Positions 31,061 through 40,272 of a DNA stretch of 64,000 nucleotides are shown here, piece by piece. Origin of the DNA: Candidatus Zambryskiibacteriota bacterium (GTDB lineage Bacteria; Patescibacteriota; Minisyncoccia; Phycocordibacterales; WO2-35-19); NCBI GenBank assembly GCA_016932555.1, contig JAFGCQ010000004.1, positions 990-64,989 on the forward strand, given 5' to 3'. The notes under the pieces were generated by a model. It was given only the letters and a program-made list of their open reading frames with translations. It did no database searches and was not told the DNA's origin. How positions within the stretch are numbered: the stretch's first letter is position 1; every line of letters begins with the position of its first letter. A program made the translations under genes and the position numbers.

Positions 31061-31646
31061 TTTTCACCCCGATTTCTTTCAGATGGTCATTGATAGTTTT
31101 TTGAATTTTTTCAGGTAAACCTTCAACTCCATCCGACATGAGTCGAAGAGTTTTGGCAGTAGTCGAAGTAGCTGCTTTAGCTTCCAGATGTTTTATTTCT
31201 CCGCAAAAAGCGCTCAGTTCTTTTTTGTCTTGATCTGTAAAAGAACTGGTGGTTTTAGACATAATAAGCACATCAGGTCGAACTAGTTTGATAAGATCAT
31301 ACTTATCTTGATCTGTATCTCTGCGAGTAATGACATTTACCGAAGAGAGCATCGAAAGAACTTCTATTCTTTCTTCAAAAATATCAAAAGGTCTCTTGGG
31401 GCCTTTCATTTTTCTGGTTAATTCATCAGAGTCAACTCCAACAATAAGTATATCCCCGTATGATCTGGCTTCGGCTAGATAGCGACCATGACCAACATGG
31501 AACATATCCCAAACACCTTGAGTTAAAGCGATTCTCCAACCACCTTCTTTGAGTTGTTGGACAATATTTTTTAAATCCTCAAAATTAGGTATGTATTTAT
31601 CATCTAAACGATTTTCACCCTGCAGAATACTCTTCAATGTAGACAT
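31053..31646 (-). CDS. Cytidylyl/adenylyltransferase-like nucleotidyltransferase (RfaE domain II/TagD-like)
   Basis: WDMFHVGHGRYL HxGH motif, ...STT near the C-terminus. GGAGGAG SD before the internal ATG (ORF track TTG at 31745). Confidence 0.65.
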   Translation of the reverse strand: MSTLKSILQGENRLDDKYIPNFEDLKNIVQQLKEGGWRIALTQGVWDMFHVGHGRYLAEARSYGDILIVGVDSDELTRKMKGPKRPFDIFEERIEVLSMLSSVNVITRRDTDQDKYDLIKLVRPDVLIMSKTTSSFTDQDKKELSAFCGEIKHLEAKAATSTTAKTLRLMSDGVEGLPEKIQKTINDHLKEIGVKNE

Positions 31647-31806
31647 AACTCCTCCTTTCAAATCAAAGATTATTTCAAAATAACTCCTATCCAGTTTTCT
31701 ATCATAAACACAATTAAAAGACAAACCCCGATTGCAAATCTGCAATCGGAGTTATTTTAGAGTCTTGTTACTACCCTAAGTTCTTTAAGGTGGTGAACTG
31801 GGTTGT

Positions 31807-32142
31807 CTATAGTTTTTTATCTTTTAACATTTTCGCCACTGCTATCAGTAAAATTTTTTCATCATCGTCAAATTGGCTATATCTCTCTTTGATTGTTTCT
31901 TCAATAGCAGTTGAGAGAGAAATAGGTTCATCACTCATGAGTTCTGTCAGATCACCCTCAATAATATTAATCTTATTGCAATTACCAAGTTGGCAAAATT
32001 TTTCAGGACGAAGATTAAATTGCCCCTCAGGATTACCGTAAGGACAATTTGAACCATCTACCCAACACTTTTGCTGTTCGTTACACTTGAGTTGTTGAAC
32101 AAAACTCAAAGACAATAAATGTTCCTTAATACTTGATTCCAT
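31807..32142 (-). CDS. Cys-rich hypothetical protein
   Basis: Five Cys within residues 20-55; no recognised family. Confidence 0.35.
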   Translation of the reverse strand: MESSIKEHLLSLSFVQQLKCNEQQKCWVDGSNCPYGNPEGQFNLRPEKFCQLGNCNKINIIEGDLTELMSDEPISLSTAIEETIKERYSQFDDDEKILLIAVAKMLKDKKL

Positions 32143-32208
32143 GAGAAACCTCCAATGAAAATAAAGATCAAAATTCCTTTTAAATTTTTAGCATACTACC
32201 CAAAAAAC

Positions 32209-32240
32209 AAAAAGACTTGTAGAAAAGTCTTTTTGTTTTG
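32209..32240 (-). terminator. Bidirectional terminator after rplK
   Basis: AAAAGACTT/AAGTCTTTT stem flanked by A-runs and T-runs. Confidence 0.65.
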
Positions 32241-32258
32241 TAATTTATTTTTGTTTTT

Positions 32259-32306
32259 CCCCTCTCCTGCATCTAGAGGAGGGCAACTTGTGAAGCAAGT
32301 GGGAGG
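32259..32306 (+). repeat. GC-rich hairpin-plus-tail element (family B) abutting the rplK stop codon
   Basis: CCCCTCTCC..AGAGGAGGG hairpin plus ...GTGAAGCAAGTGGGAGG tail. Same architecture as 58407-58451. Confidence 0.6.
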
Positions 32307-32726
32307 TTATCGCACTTCCACTCCCATACTCCTACATTGTCCAGCAATGATCTCTATGGCAGCATCGATGTTATTAGCGTTAAGATCTGGCATTTTAATT
32401 TGAGCTATTTCTTCAAGTTGTTTTCTGGTGATAGTGCCCACCTTTTGAGCTGGCGTTTTGCCAGCACCCTTTTCCAGACCTAAAGCTTTTTTAATAAGAC
32501 TTGAAGCTGGTGGAGTTTTTAATATGAAATCAAAAGTTCGATCTTCATAAACATTAAGTTCAGCCGGAACTAGACCTTCCATATTTTTGGTAGCTTCATT
32601 AAATTTAGTGATAAATTCACCGATATTGATACCAGCCGGACCCAAAGCTGTACCCACCGGCGGAGCCGGCGTAGCTTTTTTTGCTTCTATTACCAACTTT
32701 ATTTTTTTAACTACTTTCTTTGCCAT
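32307..32726 (-). CDS. rplK: 50S ribosomal protein L11
   Basis: [16 protein letters not shown] motif. Confidence 0.9.
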   Translation of the reverse strand: MAKKVVKKIKLVIEAKKATPAPPVGTALGPAGINIGEFITKFNEATKNMEGLVPAELNVYEDRTFDFILKTPPASSLIKKALGLEKGAGKTPAQKVGTITRKQLEEIAQIKMPDLNANNIDAAIEIIAGQCRSMGVEVR

Positions 32727-32736
32727 AATTGTTAAT

Positions 32737-33282
32737 TTATATCTTCTTTACCTGCAAAAAGTCAAGCTCTACTGGAGTTTCGCGACCAAACATTGGGACC
32801 AAAACTTTAACCTTACCTTGTTCTTCATTAACTTCACCCACCTTGCCTTCCAAATCTTTAAAGGGTCCATCTATAATCCTTACTGATTCATCAAGAGAAA
32901 GATCAATATTATGTTTTACTTTATCAGAATGCATCCTGTTAAATAGCTCCTCTATTTCTTTTTTATCCAAAGGTACCGGAAAAACTCCAGCGCCAACAAA
33001 TCCTGTTACTCGAGGAGTGTTTCGAACCACATACCAAGAATCATCAGTTACAATCATATCTACCAGTACATAACCTGGATAAATTTTTTCTTCCTCTTCA
33101 ACTCGTTTATTACCCTTTATCTTGATCTTTTTTTCAGTTGGGACAATAACATCAAAAATTTTATCCTCCATACCCAAAGATTCTATGCGCTGTTTTAGAT
33201 TTCTCATTACAGCATTTTCATAACCAGAATAAGTATGAACAGCATACCAATTTCTTTCGCTTCTTATTTGTTGTTTGCTCAT
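32737..33282 (-). CDS. nusG: Transcription antitermination factor NusG
   Basis: [17 protein letters not shown] domain and C-terminal KOW. Confidence 0.9.
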   Translation of the reverse strand: MSKQQIRSERNWYAVHTYSGYENAVMRNLKQRIESLGMEDKIFDVIVPTEKKIKIKGNKRVEEEEKIYPGYVLVDMIVTDDSWYVVRNTPRVTGFVGAGVFPVPLDKKEIEELFNRMHSDKVKHNIDLSLDESVRIIDGPFKDLEGKVGEVNEEQGKVKVLVPMFGRETPVELDFLQVKKI

Positions 33283-33286
33283 ATGA

Positions 33287-33386
33287 TCGAATATTACGAA
33301 TAAGATCGAATGATACGAATCCTATTTTTGCTATTAATTTGATTGTTCTTTATTTGTAGCATTCGATTAAATTTGTGGTTATTCGC
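33287..33386 (-). repeat. 100-nt intergenic element, copy B (between secE and nusG)
   Basis: 99/100 identical to 23438-23537, same orientation relative to the operon. Confidence 0.9.
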
Positions 33387-33389
33387 AGA

Positions 33390-33566
33390 TTAAATAAAGA
33401 AACTAAGAATTTTAGAAAATATAAAATCAAAAAAACCTAAAAATATAGACACCAAAATAGATATTACAACCACTACTATTGAAAAAATTATAGACTGTTT
33501 TCTAGTAGGCCAGTTAACATGAGAAAGTTCGTTTTTAGTTTCTTTTATGTAATTTGTTAAAGACAT
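33390..33566 (-). CDS. secE: Preprotein translocase subunit SecE (58 aa, below the ORF-track cutoff)
   Basis: Hand translation MSLTNYIKETKNELSHVNWPTRKQ plus one TM helix; directly upstream of nusG. Confidence 0.7.
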   Translation of the reverse strand: MSLTNYIKETKNELSHVNWPTRKQSIIFSIVVVVISILVSIFLGFFDFIFSKILSFFI

Positions 33567-33595
33567 AGTATAAATTTCTAATTTTAATTAATTCT

Positions 33596-33620
33596 ATCAA
33601 AAAACCCCGTCTGGGGTTGT
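33596..33620 (-). terminator. Terminator after 33707-34519
   Basis: AACCCC/GGGGTT stem followed by TTTTTT on the minus strand. Confidence 0.6.
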
Positions 33621-33706
33621 TTGATTATACTTCAATAATACACAAACCACAATTCTTGTCAAATTTATATTCATGACATTTGATCTCATTCACGGTTATT
33701 CGAGAG

Positions 33707-34519
33707 TTATTTGATTTCGTAAGTAATAGTTATATTAGAAGTAATCTTGGTTTCTCCGGCAGGCAAATCAGCCGCCATCGGTACCGCAGATACAGCCATC
33801 TCTTCCACTCCACCACCTCGGCCATAAGCTTCGTAAGGATAAACTCCATTTTCATTATAGTACATAATTTTACCTAAGCGCACTCCAAGTTGGTTAGCTA
33901 GAATTTTAGCTTTTTCTTTGGCTTTTTTGATAGCCTCTTCTCTAGCTTCTGCGATATATTTATCCCTATTATCAACAGTGAATTCCATTCCGCTTATATT
34001 TGAAACACCAATATTGCCGATTTTAGTTACTAAATTGCCAGCTTTATCAGTTTCTTTAATTTTAACAGTAATAGTTTGATTAACTTCATAGCCCACTAAA
34101 ACTTGTTTGCTAGTTGGGCAAGGGTAGGTAACGCAAGCTACTCTATTCCATTCATATTTAGGATAAACATTATAACCGATAGTTTTGATATCTTTATCTT
34201 CTATCCCCTCTTCCTCAAGAATAGACAGGGCTTTATTAATTTTTTGCTCAGCTTTCTCTTGAGCACCAGCTACAGTATCACTAATCTCAACTACAGAAAA
34301 ATTAAATGTAGCGATATCAGGAATAGCATAAGCTTCACCCTCACCAGAAACTGAAATTGTAGATTGAGGATAAAATTCATCACCGATAGTTGGTATAGTC
34401 TTAAGTTCACTTATAACTTTAGTTAAGAGAAAAGCCGAAAGCAACATTAAAGAAATAGCTGCCCACTTAGAGATTCTTTTAAATCCTTCTTCACCTAAAA
34501 ACTGATTAAACATATTCAT
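33707..34519 (-). CDS. SIMPL (DUF541) domain protein with signal anchor
   Basis: ISVSGEGEAYAIPDIATFNFSV start of the SIMPL domain. Confidence 0.7.
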   Translation of the reverse strand: MNMFNQFLGEEGFKRISKWAAISLMLLSAFLLTKVISELKTIPTIGDEFYPQSTISVSGEGEAYAIPDIATFNFSVVEISDTVAGAQEKAEQKINKALSILEEEGIEDKDIKTIGYNVYPKYEWNRVACVTYPCPTSKQVLVGYEVNQTITVKIKETDKAGNLVTKIGNIGVSNISGMEFTVDNRDKYIAEAREEAIKKAKEKAKILANQLGVRLGKIMYYNENGVYPYEAYGRGGGVEEMAVSAVPMAADLPAGETKITSNITITYEIK

Positions 34520-34544
34520 ATTTTTATAATTAATAAATGATAAT

Positions 34545-35363
34545 TTATAGATTATAGTAGCATAAATCTGATAAATTTTGAAATAAACAAGCTATAGTTA
34601 GAGGTCCGATACCTCCCGGTACTGGTGAAATTGCTTTTAATTTATTAACTAATTCAGTAAAATCAACATCGCCCACTATTCTATCTTTCATCTTGTTTAT
34701 TCCTACATCAATAACTACCTGTTCTGGATTTATAAATTTCTCCGTTATAATACCTGCTTTACCGACAGCTGAAATTAATAAGTCGCATTTTTTTGCAATT
34801 TTTTCCGGATTTTTGGTATTGATGTCACAGCGAAAAACTTTTGCACCTCTTTTTTCAAGCTCATCAGCTATAGGTTTACCAGCTAAAATTGACTGGCCTA
34901 TAACTGCCGCTTTTTTGTCTTTAATTTCAAAATTATAAAAATTTAACAACGATATAACTGCACGTGCTGTGGCTGGAATAATTCCACTTCCTGATACTAG
35001 CCCGTCTACATCTTTTCTTTTATCAATCAAATTTATTATCTTTTCTGAATCAAAACCTTTAGACCTGCCTGCGCAAGCAGGTAATGGTAACTGTACAATA
35101 ATTCCATCTACGCTTTTATCTCCATTTAATTTTTTAATCTCTTCTATTAATTCTTTCTCAGTAATATCTTCGTTAAAATTCTTTAACAAAACTTCTACTC
35201 CGATCTCCTCTCCAAATTTGCGCTTGTTTTTAATATAAATACTTGAATCCGGCCGATCTCCAACTTGCACAATGGCTAAACAAGGCTTGCAGCCCAATTT
35301 TTTTACCCTCCTTATTAAATCTTCTTTAATTTTCTCCTTAACAGGAGCCCCATATAAAATCAT
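34545..35363 (-). CDS. folD: Bifunctional methylene-THF dehydrogenase/methenyl-THF cyclohydrolase
   Basis: VQLPLP and GGIGPLT motifs; carries the palindrome insert ACAGRSKG after LPLP. Confidence 0.9.
   Translation of the reverse strand: MILYGAPVKEKIKEDLIRRVKKLGCKPCLAIVQVGDRPDSSIYIKNKRKFGEEIGVEVLLKNFNEDITEKELIEEIKKLNGDKSVDGIIVQLPLPACAGRSKGFDSEKIINLIDKRKDVDGLVSGSGIIPATARAVISLLNFYNFEIKDKKAAVIGQSILAGKPIADELEKRGAKVFRCDINTKNPEKIAKKCDLLISAVGKAGIITEKFINPEQVVIDVGINKMKDRIVGDVDFTELVNKLKAISPVPGGIGPLTIACLFQNLSDLCYYNL
35063..35082. repeat. 20-nt near-palindrome ACCTGCCTGCGCAAGCAGGT (one mismatch), in-frame in folD
   Basis: Variant of the 1432/61388 palindrome. Confidence 0.85.
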
Positions 35364-35366
35364 GAT

Positions 35367-35963
35367 ATGATGATATATATGGATCCCAAAGAAATCAAAT
35401 GGCAGAGATTAAAGAAAATTGTTTTTATTGCTTTTTTGGTTGCTATTGTTGCCAGTCTCATTATTTATTGGGTGTATGGTGAAAATTTTGAGCTGGAAAA
35501 TTTAAAATATCATATAAGCGAATTTGGTATTTGGGCGCCTCTTATTTTTATAATTCTTTTCACTATCAGCACCATTTTCATTCCCTCCACACCATTTATG
35601 ATAATTGGTGGTATTTTGTTCGGCTTTAAATTAGGGTTTTTCTATTCTATAACTGGAGGAATGGCAAGCGCCATTATAGTTTTTTACATTGCCAGAAGTT
35701 TGGGTAAATCAAATATAGAAAAAATACTGGAAAATAAATATCTAAAACCTCTAGATAAATATAACGGCCGTTTAGAATCAGGAGGAATTTGGGATCTTAT
35801 ATTCTTAAGGCTTTTGCCGATAATGCCTTTTAATGTTTTGAATATCTTAATGGGAGTTTCTAAAATAAATTTAAGGAATTATATAATAGGAACTCTCATA
35901 GGGTTCCTGCCAAATAATGCTTTAACTATTTATCTGGGAATTTTAGCTATAAAATTATTTTGA
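35367..35963 (+). CDS. TVP38/TMEM64 (DedA-related) membrane protein
   Basis: Multi-TM with family-typical IPSTPFMIIGGILFG segment. Confidence 0.65.
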   Translation: MMIYMDPKEIKWQRLKKIVFIAFLVAIVASLIIYWVYGENFELENLKYHISEFGIWAPLIFIILFTISTIFIPSTPFMIIGGILFGFKLGFFYSITGGMASAIIVFYIARSLGKSNIEKILENKYLKPLDKYNGRLESGGIWDLIFLRLLPIMPFNVLNILMGVSKINLRNYIIGTLIGFLPNNALTIYLGILAIKLF

Positions 35964-36353
35964 GTTATTACTATTTTTTCTATCTGCTTCGCCTATTACT
36001 CTCTCTATATCTTGAGCAATAGACTGCAAACTTTCATCTGACTTTATGACATAACCAACTGCACCCATAGACATTACATCACTTATCTTTTTAACGCTGG
36101 AAAGGTTTGAAGAAACCAAAATAGGCACTTTGGGCAAATCTTTTGACTCTTGAAGTTTTCTCAAGAATGCGGTGCCATCTAACTTAGGCATCATAAGATC
36201 TAGAATTATTAAATCAGGTTTTTCAGATTTAAGTTTTTCTAAGCCTACTTCTCCATCTTCCGCTACTAGTAATTCATATTTTTCCGCCGGCAAAGCTTTT
36301 TCTAAGGTTTTTGCAAAAAATTGATCGTCATCTATAACTAAAATTTTCTTCAT
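35955..36353 (-). CDS. Single-domain response regulator
   Basis: Receiver-domain motifs (DDD, ILDLMMP, K). Confidence 0.8.
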   Translation of the reverse strand: MKKILVIDDDQFFAKTLEKALPAEKYELLVAEDGEVGLEKLKSEKPDLIILDLMMPKLDGTAFLRKLQESKDLPKVPILVSSNLSSVKKISDVMSMGAVGYVIKSDESLQSIAQDIERVIGEADRKNSNNSK

Positions 36354-36389
36354 ATTGAATTATTATTTTGTAATATTTTTATATTAACA

Positions 36390-38165
36390 TTAACTGAGCG
36401 GGATAGTAAAGAAGAAGCTTGAACCTATACCTTCTCTTGAAACCACTCCAACATTGCCACTGTGAGCTTCAGCAATGCCTTTAGCAATTACCAATCCTAA
36501 TCCTGTACCTTTACTTTCATCGTCAATCTGATCCATCTTAACCTGCTTGTAGGTTTGGAATAAATCTTTTAAATGATCTTGAGAAATACCTATTCCCGTA
36601 TCTGAAACTACAACACAAAGAGACGGTTTTCTTATTCTAAAATTAGAAATTTCGGGAAAAACCTTAAATTTATCCTTGTTTATGTTTATAGAAAAATTGC
36701 TTTTAGAATCTAGAGTAAAAGCAGAAACTAAAATAGAACCACCTTGGGAAGTAAATTTCATAGCATTGGAAATAAAGTTATTCAGGATTTGTTTAACTGC
36801 TTGAGGATCGAATTTGATTATTTCTGGAATATTTTCACTAAGAGAACTTTCTAGAGACAAATTTTTACTGTTAGCTGAAATTTTAAAGAAGGTGATTCTA
36901 TTTTCTATCACATTTTTTATGTTTGCATCTTCTTTGTTTATCTCAAATTTACCGGCCTGCAATTTAGAGAGATCTAGAATATCATTGACCATCTCCAGCA
37001 TAGACGATGAGCTTTGATGAGCCATGTTCAAATATTCTTTATACTCATCAGAATCGGCTTTGATAGAACCAGCAACCATAAGTTCTATAATTTTCTTTAT
37101 GCTATCTAGAGGTGATCGGAGTTCGTGAACAATCATAGAAGTGAATTCTTCTCTGACTTTTTCAAGTTCTATGTCATGAGTAATATCATGAAAAACTACT
37201 ACTGCTCCAAGGTTTTTGTTTTTATTTTTTTCTGGAGAATGGACTACTGGATAAACGCCAATTTCAAAAAATGTATTATCAATTTCTATTCTTTTTGAAA
37301 TATAGGGCTCATTTTTAGAAATAGCTTCTTCTAAACGGCCATGAATATCAAATTTGCCCCCTAAATTATCTACAAAATCAAAAATGCTCAAAACTTTATC
37401 CTTTTCAGAATAATTAAAATTTATAATTCTCTTAACTGCCGGGTTGGCGACTACTATTCTATATTCCGGATCAACCATTAAAACTCCATCGCCCATACTT
37501 TCAACCATAGCATTCAATTTACCCTGCTCTATTTTAACTACTTCTTGCAACCTAGAAACTGCTTCTGAAGCTTGTCCTGTAATTTTGTAGAGGATAGTCA
37601 TATCTTCCTCTTTATAAAGACCGGTTTCTGTATGAGCAATAGTTAAAACACCAGCCACTTGACCACTAATAACTAATGGAATATTAAATAAGGAACCGAC
37701 TTTCTTTTTTACTTCATCTACGATAATAGCTCCCGAAATTACTTCATCAAAATCTGAAAGTTTTATATTTTTATTAGTTAAAGCAGAAAGAGAAGCCGCC
37801 ATGCTTTTTTTTATATCATTTAAAAACTTGTAGTTAACGGATTTTTCAATATGAATATTTACTTTTATCTTTTCAGGAGTAGTGACCGCATAACCCACAG
37901 CTGTGTAATCAATAAATTGAATGAGTGAGCCAGTAATAATTTGTAATATTTCTTCAACATTTAAAGAATAGCCCGCCCTTACACCTAACTCTTTAAGAAT
38001 AGACAGTTCATAAAGTCGGCGACTAGATTCTTCTCTTTCCTTAACAATAGCTTTTTTTTGGTTTATTAAATAAAAAATCAAATAAAAAACTAGGCCTAAA
38101 AGTACTAATAGGCCTACTAGACACGAAATTAGAGTGCCTGAAGAAAAAGCTAGCATTTTAGACAT
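36390..38165 (-). CDS. Sensor histidine kinase (TM, GAF-like, PAS, HisKA, HATPase)
   Basis: H-box HELRSPL; G-boxes DTGIGI and GTGLGL. Confidence 0.8.
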   Translation of the reverse strand: MSKMLAFSSGTLISCLVGLLVLLGLVFYLIFYLINQKKAIVKEREESSRRLYELSILKELGVRAGYSLNVEEILQIITGSLIQFIDYTAVGYAVTTPEKIKVNIHIEKSVNYKFLNDIKKSMAASLSALTNKNIKLSDFDEVISGAIIVDEVKKKVGSLFNIPLVISGQVAGVLTIAHTETGLYKEEDMTILYKITGQASEAVSRLQEVVKIEQGKLNAMVESMGDGVLMVDPEYRIVVANPAVKRIINFNYSEKDKVLSIFDFVDNLGGKFDIHGRLEEAISKNEPYISKRIEIDNTFFEIGVYPVVHSPEKNKNKNLGAVVVFHDITHDIELEKVREEFTSMIVHELRSPLDSIKKIIELMVAGSIKADSDEYKEYLNMAHQSSSSMLEMVNDILDLSKLQAGKFEINKEDANIKNVIENRITFFKISANSKNLSLESSLSENIPEIIKFDPQAVKQILNNFISNAMKFTSQGGSILVSAFTLDSKSNFSININKDKFKVFPEISNFRIRKPSLCVVVSDTGIGISQDHLKDLFQTYKQVKMDQIDDESKGTGLGLVIAKGIAEAHSGNVGVVSREGIGSSFFFTIPLS

Positions 38166-38595
38166 TCATTACGCCTTTGAGTAGTTTATTAGCACCAACA
38201 ACCATAAAAATATACCCCATTGCAAAAAAGGCGGTGCTTATAATATTAAACCAGATACCAGGGAACCAAGAGTTCATGAAAACCGCAATAGTGCCTAAGA
38301 CAATAAATAACATCCCCAAGCTGATAAAATTCAAGATAGAACCAAAAAGACCTCCTTTAAGCTTTTTAACTGCCCTAAAAACCAAATAAGTAGCAATAAG
38401 ACCAATAACAACAGAAAGTAATAACGAAAGATCACTAGTAAAACGAGAAGCATAAGCGATACCATCATTAGAAATGGAAAAATTAACTTGTTGGGCTAAA
38501 ACTAATTTCGGTGAGATGATTCCTATCATACTTATCAATAAAAACTTCTTCATTTTGTTAGAAGCCTTTATTTTTTTGTTTTTTTGCTTTTTCAT
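38158..38595 (-). CDS. Membrane protein
   Basis: Signal peptide plus three TM helices; overlaps the kinase start. Confidence 0.4.
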   Translation of the reverse strand: MKKQKNKKIKASNKMKKFLLISMIGIISPKLVLAQQVNFSISNDGIAYASRFTSDLSLLLSVVIGLIATYLVFRAVKKLKGGLFGSILNFISLGMLFIVLGTIAVFMNSWFPGIWFNIISTAFFAMGYIFMVVGANKLLKGVMNV

Positions 38596-38647
38596 TTTTG
38601 TTTAACCCGTTAGTTTTTTAGTCTCTAACGGGATTCATATTTTTTAT

Positions 38648-38920
38648 TTACTTATTAAATTGAATTGATGGATATTTTTCAAAAATAGAGTTGACAGCAT
38701 TTCTAACAATTTCACCAGAAAGCGCTACATATTCATCTATCAATTTCTGCAATATCGCTTGTTCAGAATCGTTAATCTCAGTTACTTCTCCATCGTCAGT
38801 AACTTTTAAACCCTGAATATTTCGAGCTTTAAGTACTGCAATTTGCGGACCCAAAATAACAATTTGTTTCTTGATAATTTCAGTCAATATTTGTTTGTAA
38901 TCTACATTTTGATTATCCAT
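38648..38920 (-). CDS. Hypothetical protein
   Basis: ORF only. Confidence 0.35.
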   Translation of the reverse strand: MDNQNVDYKQILTEIIKKQIVILGPQIAVLKARNIQGLKVTDDGEVTEINDSEQAILQKLIDEYVALSGEIVRNAVNSIFEKYPSIQFNK

Positions 38921-39024
38921 TCCGTTTTTAAATTAGGTGGTAATGTGTTATTTACATTATATCAAAATAATTCTCTTGCATTTTGTTGTTGTGGATTGCT
39001 CAAACAAAAATAGGGTCTATATCT

Positions 39025-39099
39025 TGGGGTGACTAGCCGGATTCGAACCGGCGAAGACGGCTCCACAAACCGTCGTGTTACCACTACACCATAGTCACC
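39025..39099 (-). tRNA. tRNA-His (anticodon GTG) with encoded G-1 and CCA
   Basis: Cloverleaf with the extra 5' G pairing with discriminator C; anticodon loop TTGTGGA. Confidence 0.9.
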
Positions 39100-39146
39100 A
39101 TAAAAACTTTAATATTCTGACACAAAAAACTTCAATTTGCCAGATT

Positions 39147-39779
39147 TTAAAGGTAATCCGGCGACTCTTCCGCAATACCTACTTTATGATTAGCATAGCG
39201 AGCCAAAGCGTAAAGAGCACTTGAAAGCCGATTGATATAAGCTTTAGTTTGTTTACTAATATGTTTTTTATGGTTTTCGGGCTTATTATCATTTTGGGAT
39301 ATTGGTAATTCTGGCTGTAATACTTCTTCCGATAAGGTAATTATTCTCCTTTCGGCCCTGCGAGCAATAGTGCGAGCAATATCAAAGAGAGTACTGAGCC
39401 CCGCTCCACCAAGCTGCCATTTGGTCATTTCTGCCGAACCACCAGCAATAAAAAAAGAATTTACTGGTGATAATTCTTTTTCAATTTCATCTATAATATC
39501 TTCTAGTTCTTTAACTTTTGTTTTATCAATTCTATTATTATTACCCCAAACTTCAGATTGGATTATGAAAAGATTCTTCTGCATTTCATGAACAATTTCT
39601 GCTAAAGTTCTTTTTCCCAATTTATAATCCAGATGGATAGACTGAACTTTACAAAGCCCTAAAAAAGAATTGATTTCATCTAATACACCAAGAGCTTCAG
39701 CGGTAGTTGAACTTTTAGCGATTCTTTGATCGCAACCCCAGTTCATTTTGCCATTATTCCCATTTTTTATGTAAAGCAT
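39147..39779 (-). CDS. PduO-type ATP:cob(I)alamin adenosyltransferase-like protein
   Basis: LGVLDEINSFLG and later helical-bundle segments. Internal ATG preferred over the GTG at 39797. Confidence 0.6.
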   Translation of the reverse strand: MLYIKNGNNGKMNWGCDQRIAKSSTTAEALGVLDEINSFLGLCKVQSIHLDYKLGKRTLAEIVHEMQKNLFIIQSEVWGNNNRIDKTKVKELEDIIDEIEKELSPVNSFFIAGGSAEMTKWQLGGAGLSTLFDIARTIARRAERRIITLSEEVLQPELPISQNDNKPENHKKHISKQTKAYINRLSSALYALARYANHKVGIAEESPDYL

Positions 39780-39841
39780 ATATTTAAATAAATCCACAAT
39801 TAAAAACCAGTAAGAAAATTTCTTATTAAATTTTGGAGTTA

Positions 39842-40081
39842 TTAAACTTTGTTAACTTCAGTCCCTTCCTTAACCAGATTATCTACCTTCATACCAACGA
39901 CATCACCAGCAGAAGCTTTCTCTACCGACTTGTGTTCAACCTGAAGTGAAGCTATTTCTTGCTCAAAATCAGCACCATGGCCCTCAAATTTGATTTTATC
40001 ACCAATCTTAATTGAAGCTTCAAGCTCGATAATAGCAACTCCAATATTATTAAAATAATGTATTACTTTCCCGACCTTCAT
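39842..40081 (-). CDS. Small translation-elongation-factor-like beta-barrel protein
   Basis: 79 aa, KVIHYFNNIGVAIIEL...GDKIKFEGH...; resembles stand-alone EF-Tu-domain-2-like proteins. Confidence 0.5.
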   Translation of the reverse strand: MKVGKVIHYFNNIGVAIIELEASIKIGDKIKFEGHGADFEQEIASLQVEHKSVEKASAGDVVGMKVDNLVKEGTEVNKV

Positions 40082-40122
40082 AATAAGTGATTATACCACA
40101 AAAATTGCATATGTGGTCTTTG

Positions 40123-40205
40123 TGCTCGGGACAGGACTTGCACCTGCACGTCTTACGACACACGCACCTCAAGCGTGCCTGGCTACTAAATTACAGCACC
40201 CGAGC
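40123..40205 (-). tRNA. tRNA-Leu (anticodon GAG), type II, atypical D- and T-loops
   Basis: Acceptor GCTCGGG/CCCGAGC, anticodon loop TTGAGGT, long variable arm. T-loop is TGCAAGT and the D-loop lacks GG. Confidence 0.7.
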
Positions 40206-40244
40206 ATTCATTTTAAAGTATAGCTACTTTCCCAGGTTTTTCAA

Positions 40245-40270
40245 ATTTAAAATCACCCCTCGGGGTGATC
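40245..40270 (-). terminator. Terminator after rplS
   Basis: ATCACCC/GGGTGAT stem followed by TTTTAAATTT on the minus strand. Confidence 0.6.
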
Positions 40271-40272
40271 CT

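Noticed and set aside
32155-32403. 82-aa plus-strand ORF (contains PSPASRGGQL)
   Set aside because: It is made of a terminator, the family B GC-rich element and the antisense of the rplK 3' end. A repeat-derived ghost peptide.
35361-35369. folD and the TVP38 gene, head-to-head with a 3-nt gap, considered as evidence of misannotation or a fused regulatory element
   Set aside because: Both N-termini look genuine (FolD MILYGAPV...; the TVP38 protein could also start at the next Met). Noted only as a parallel to the RT/avd arrangement, not as a separate system.
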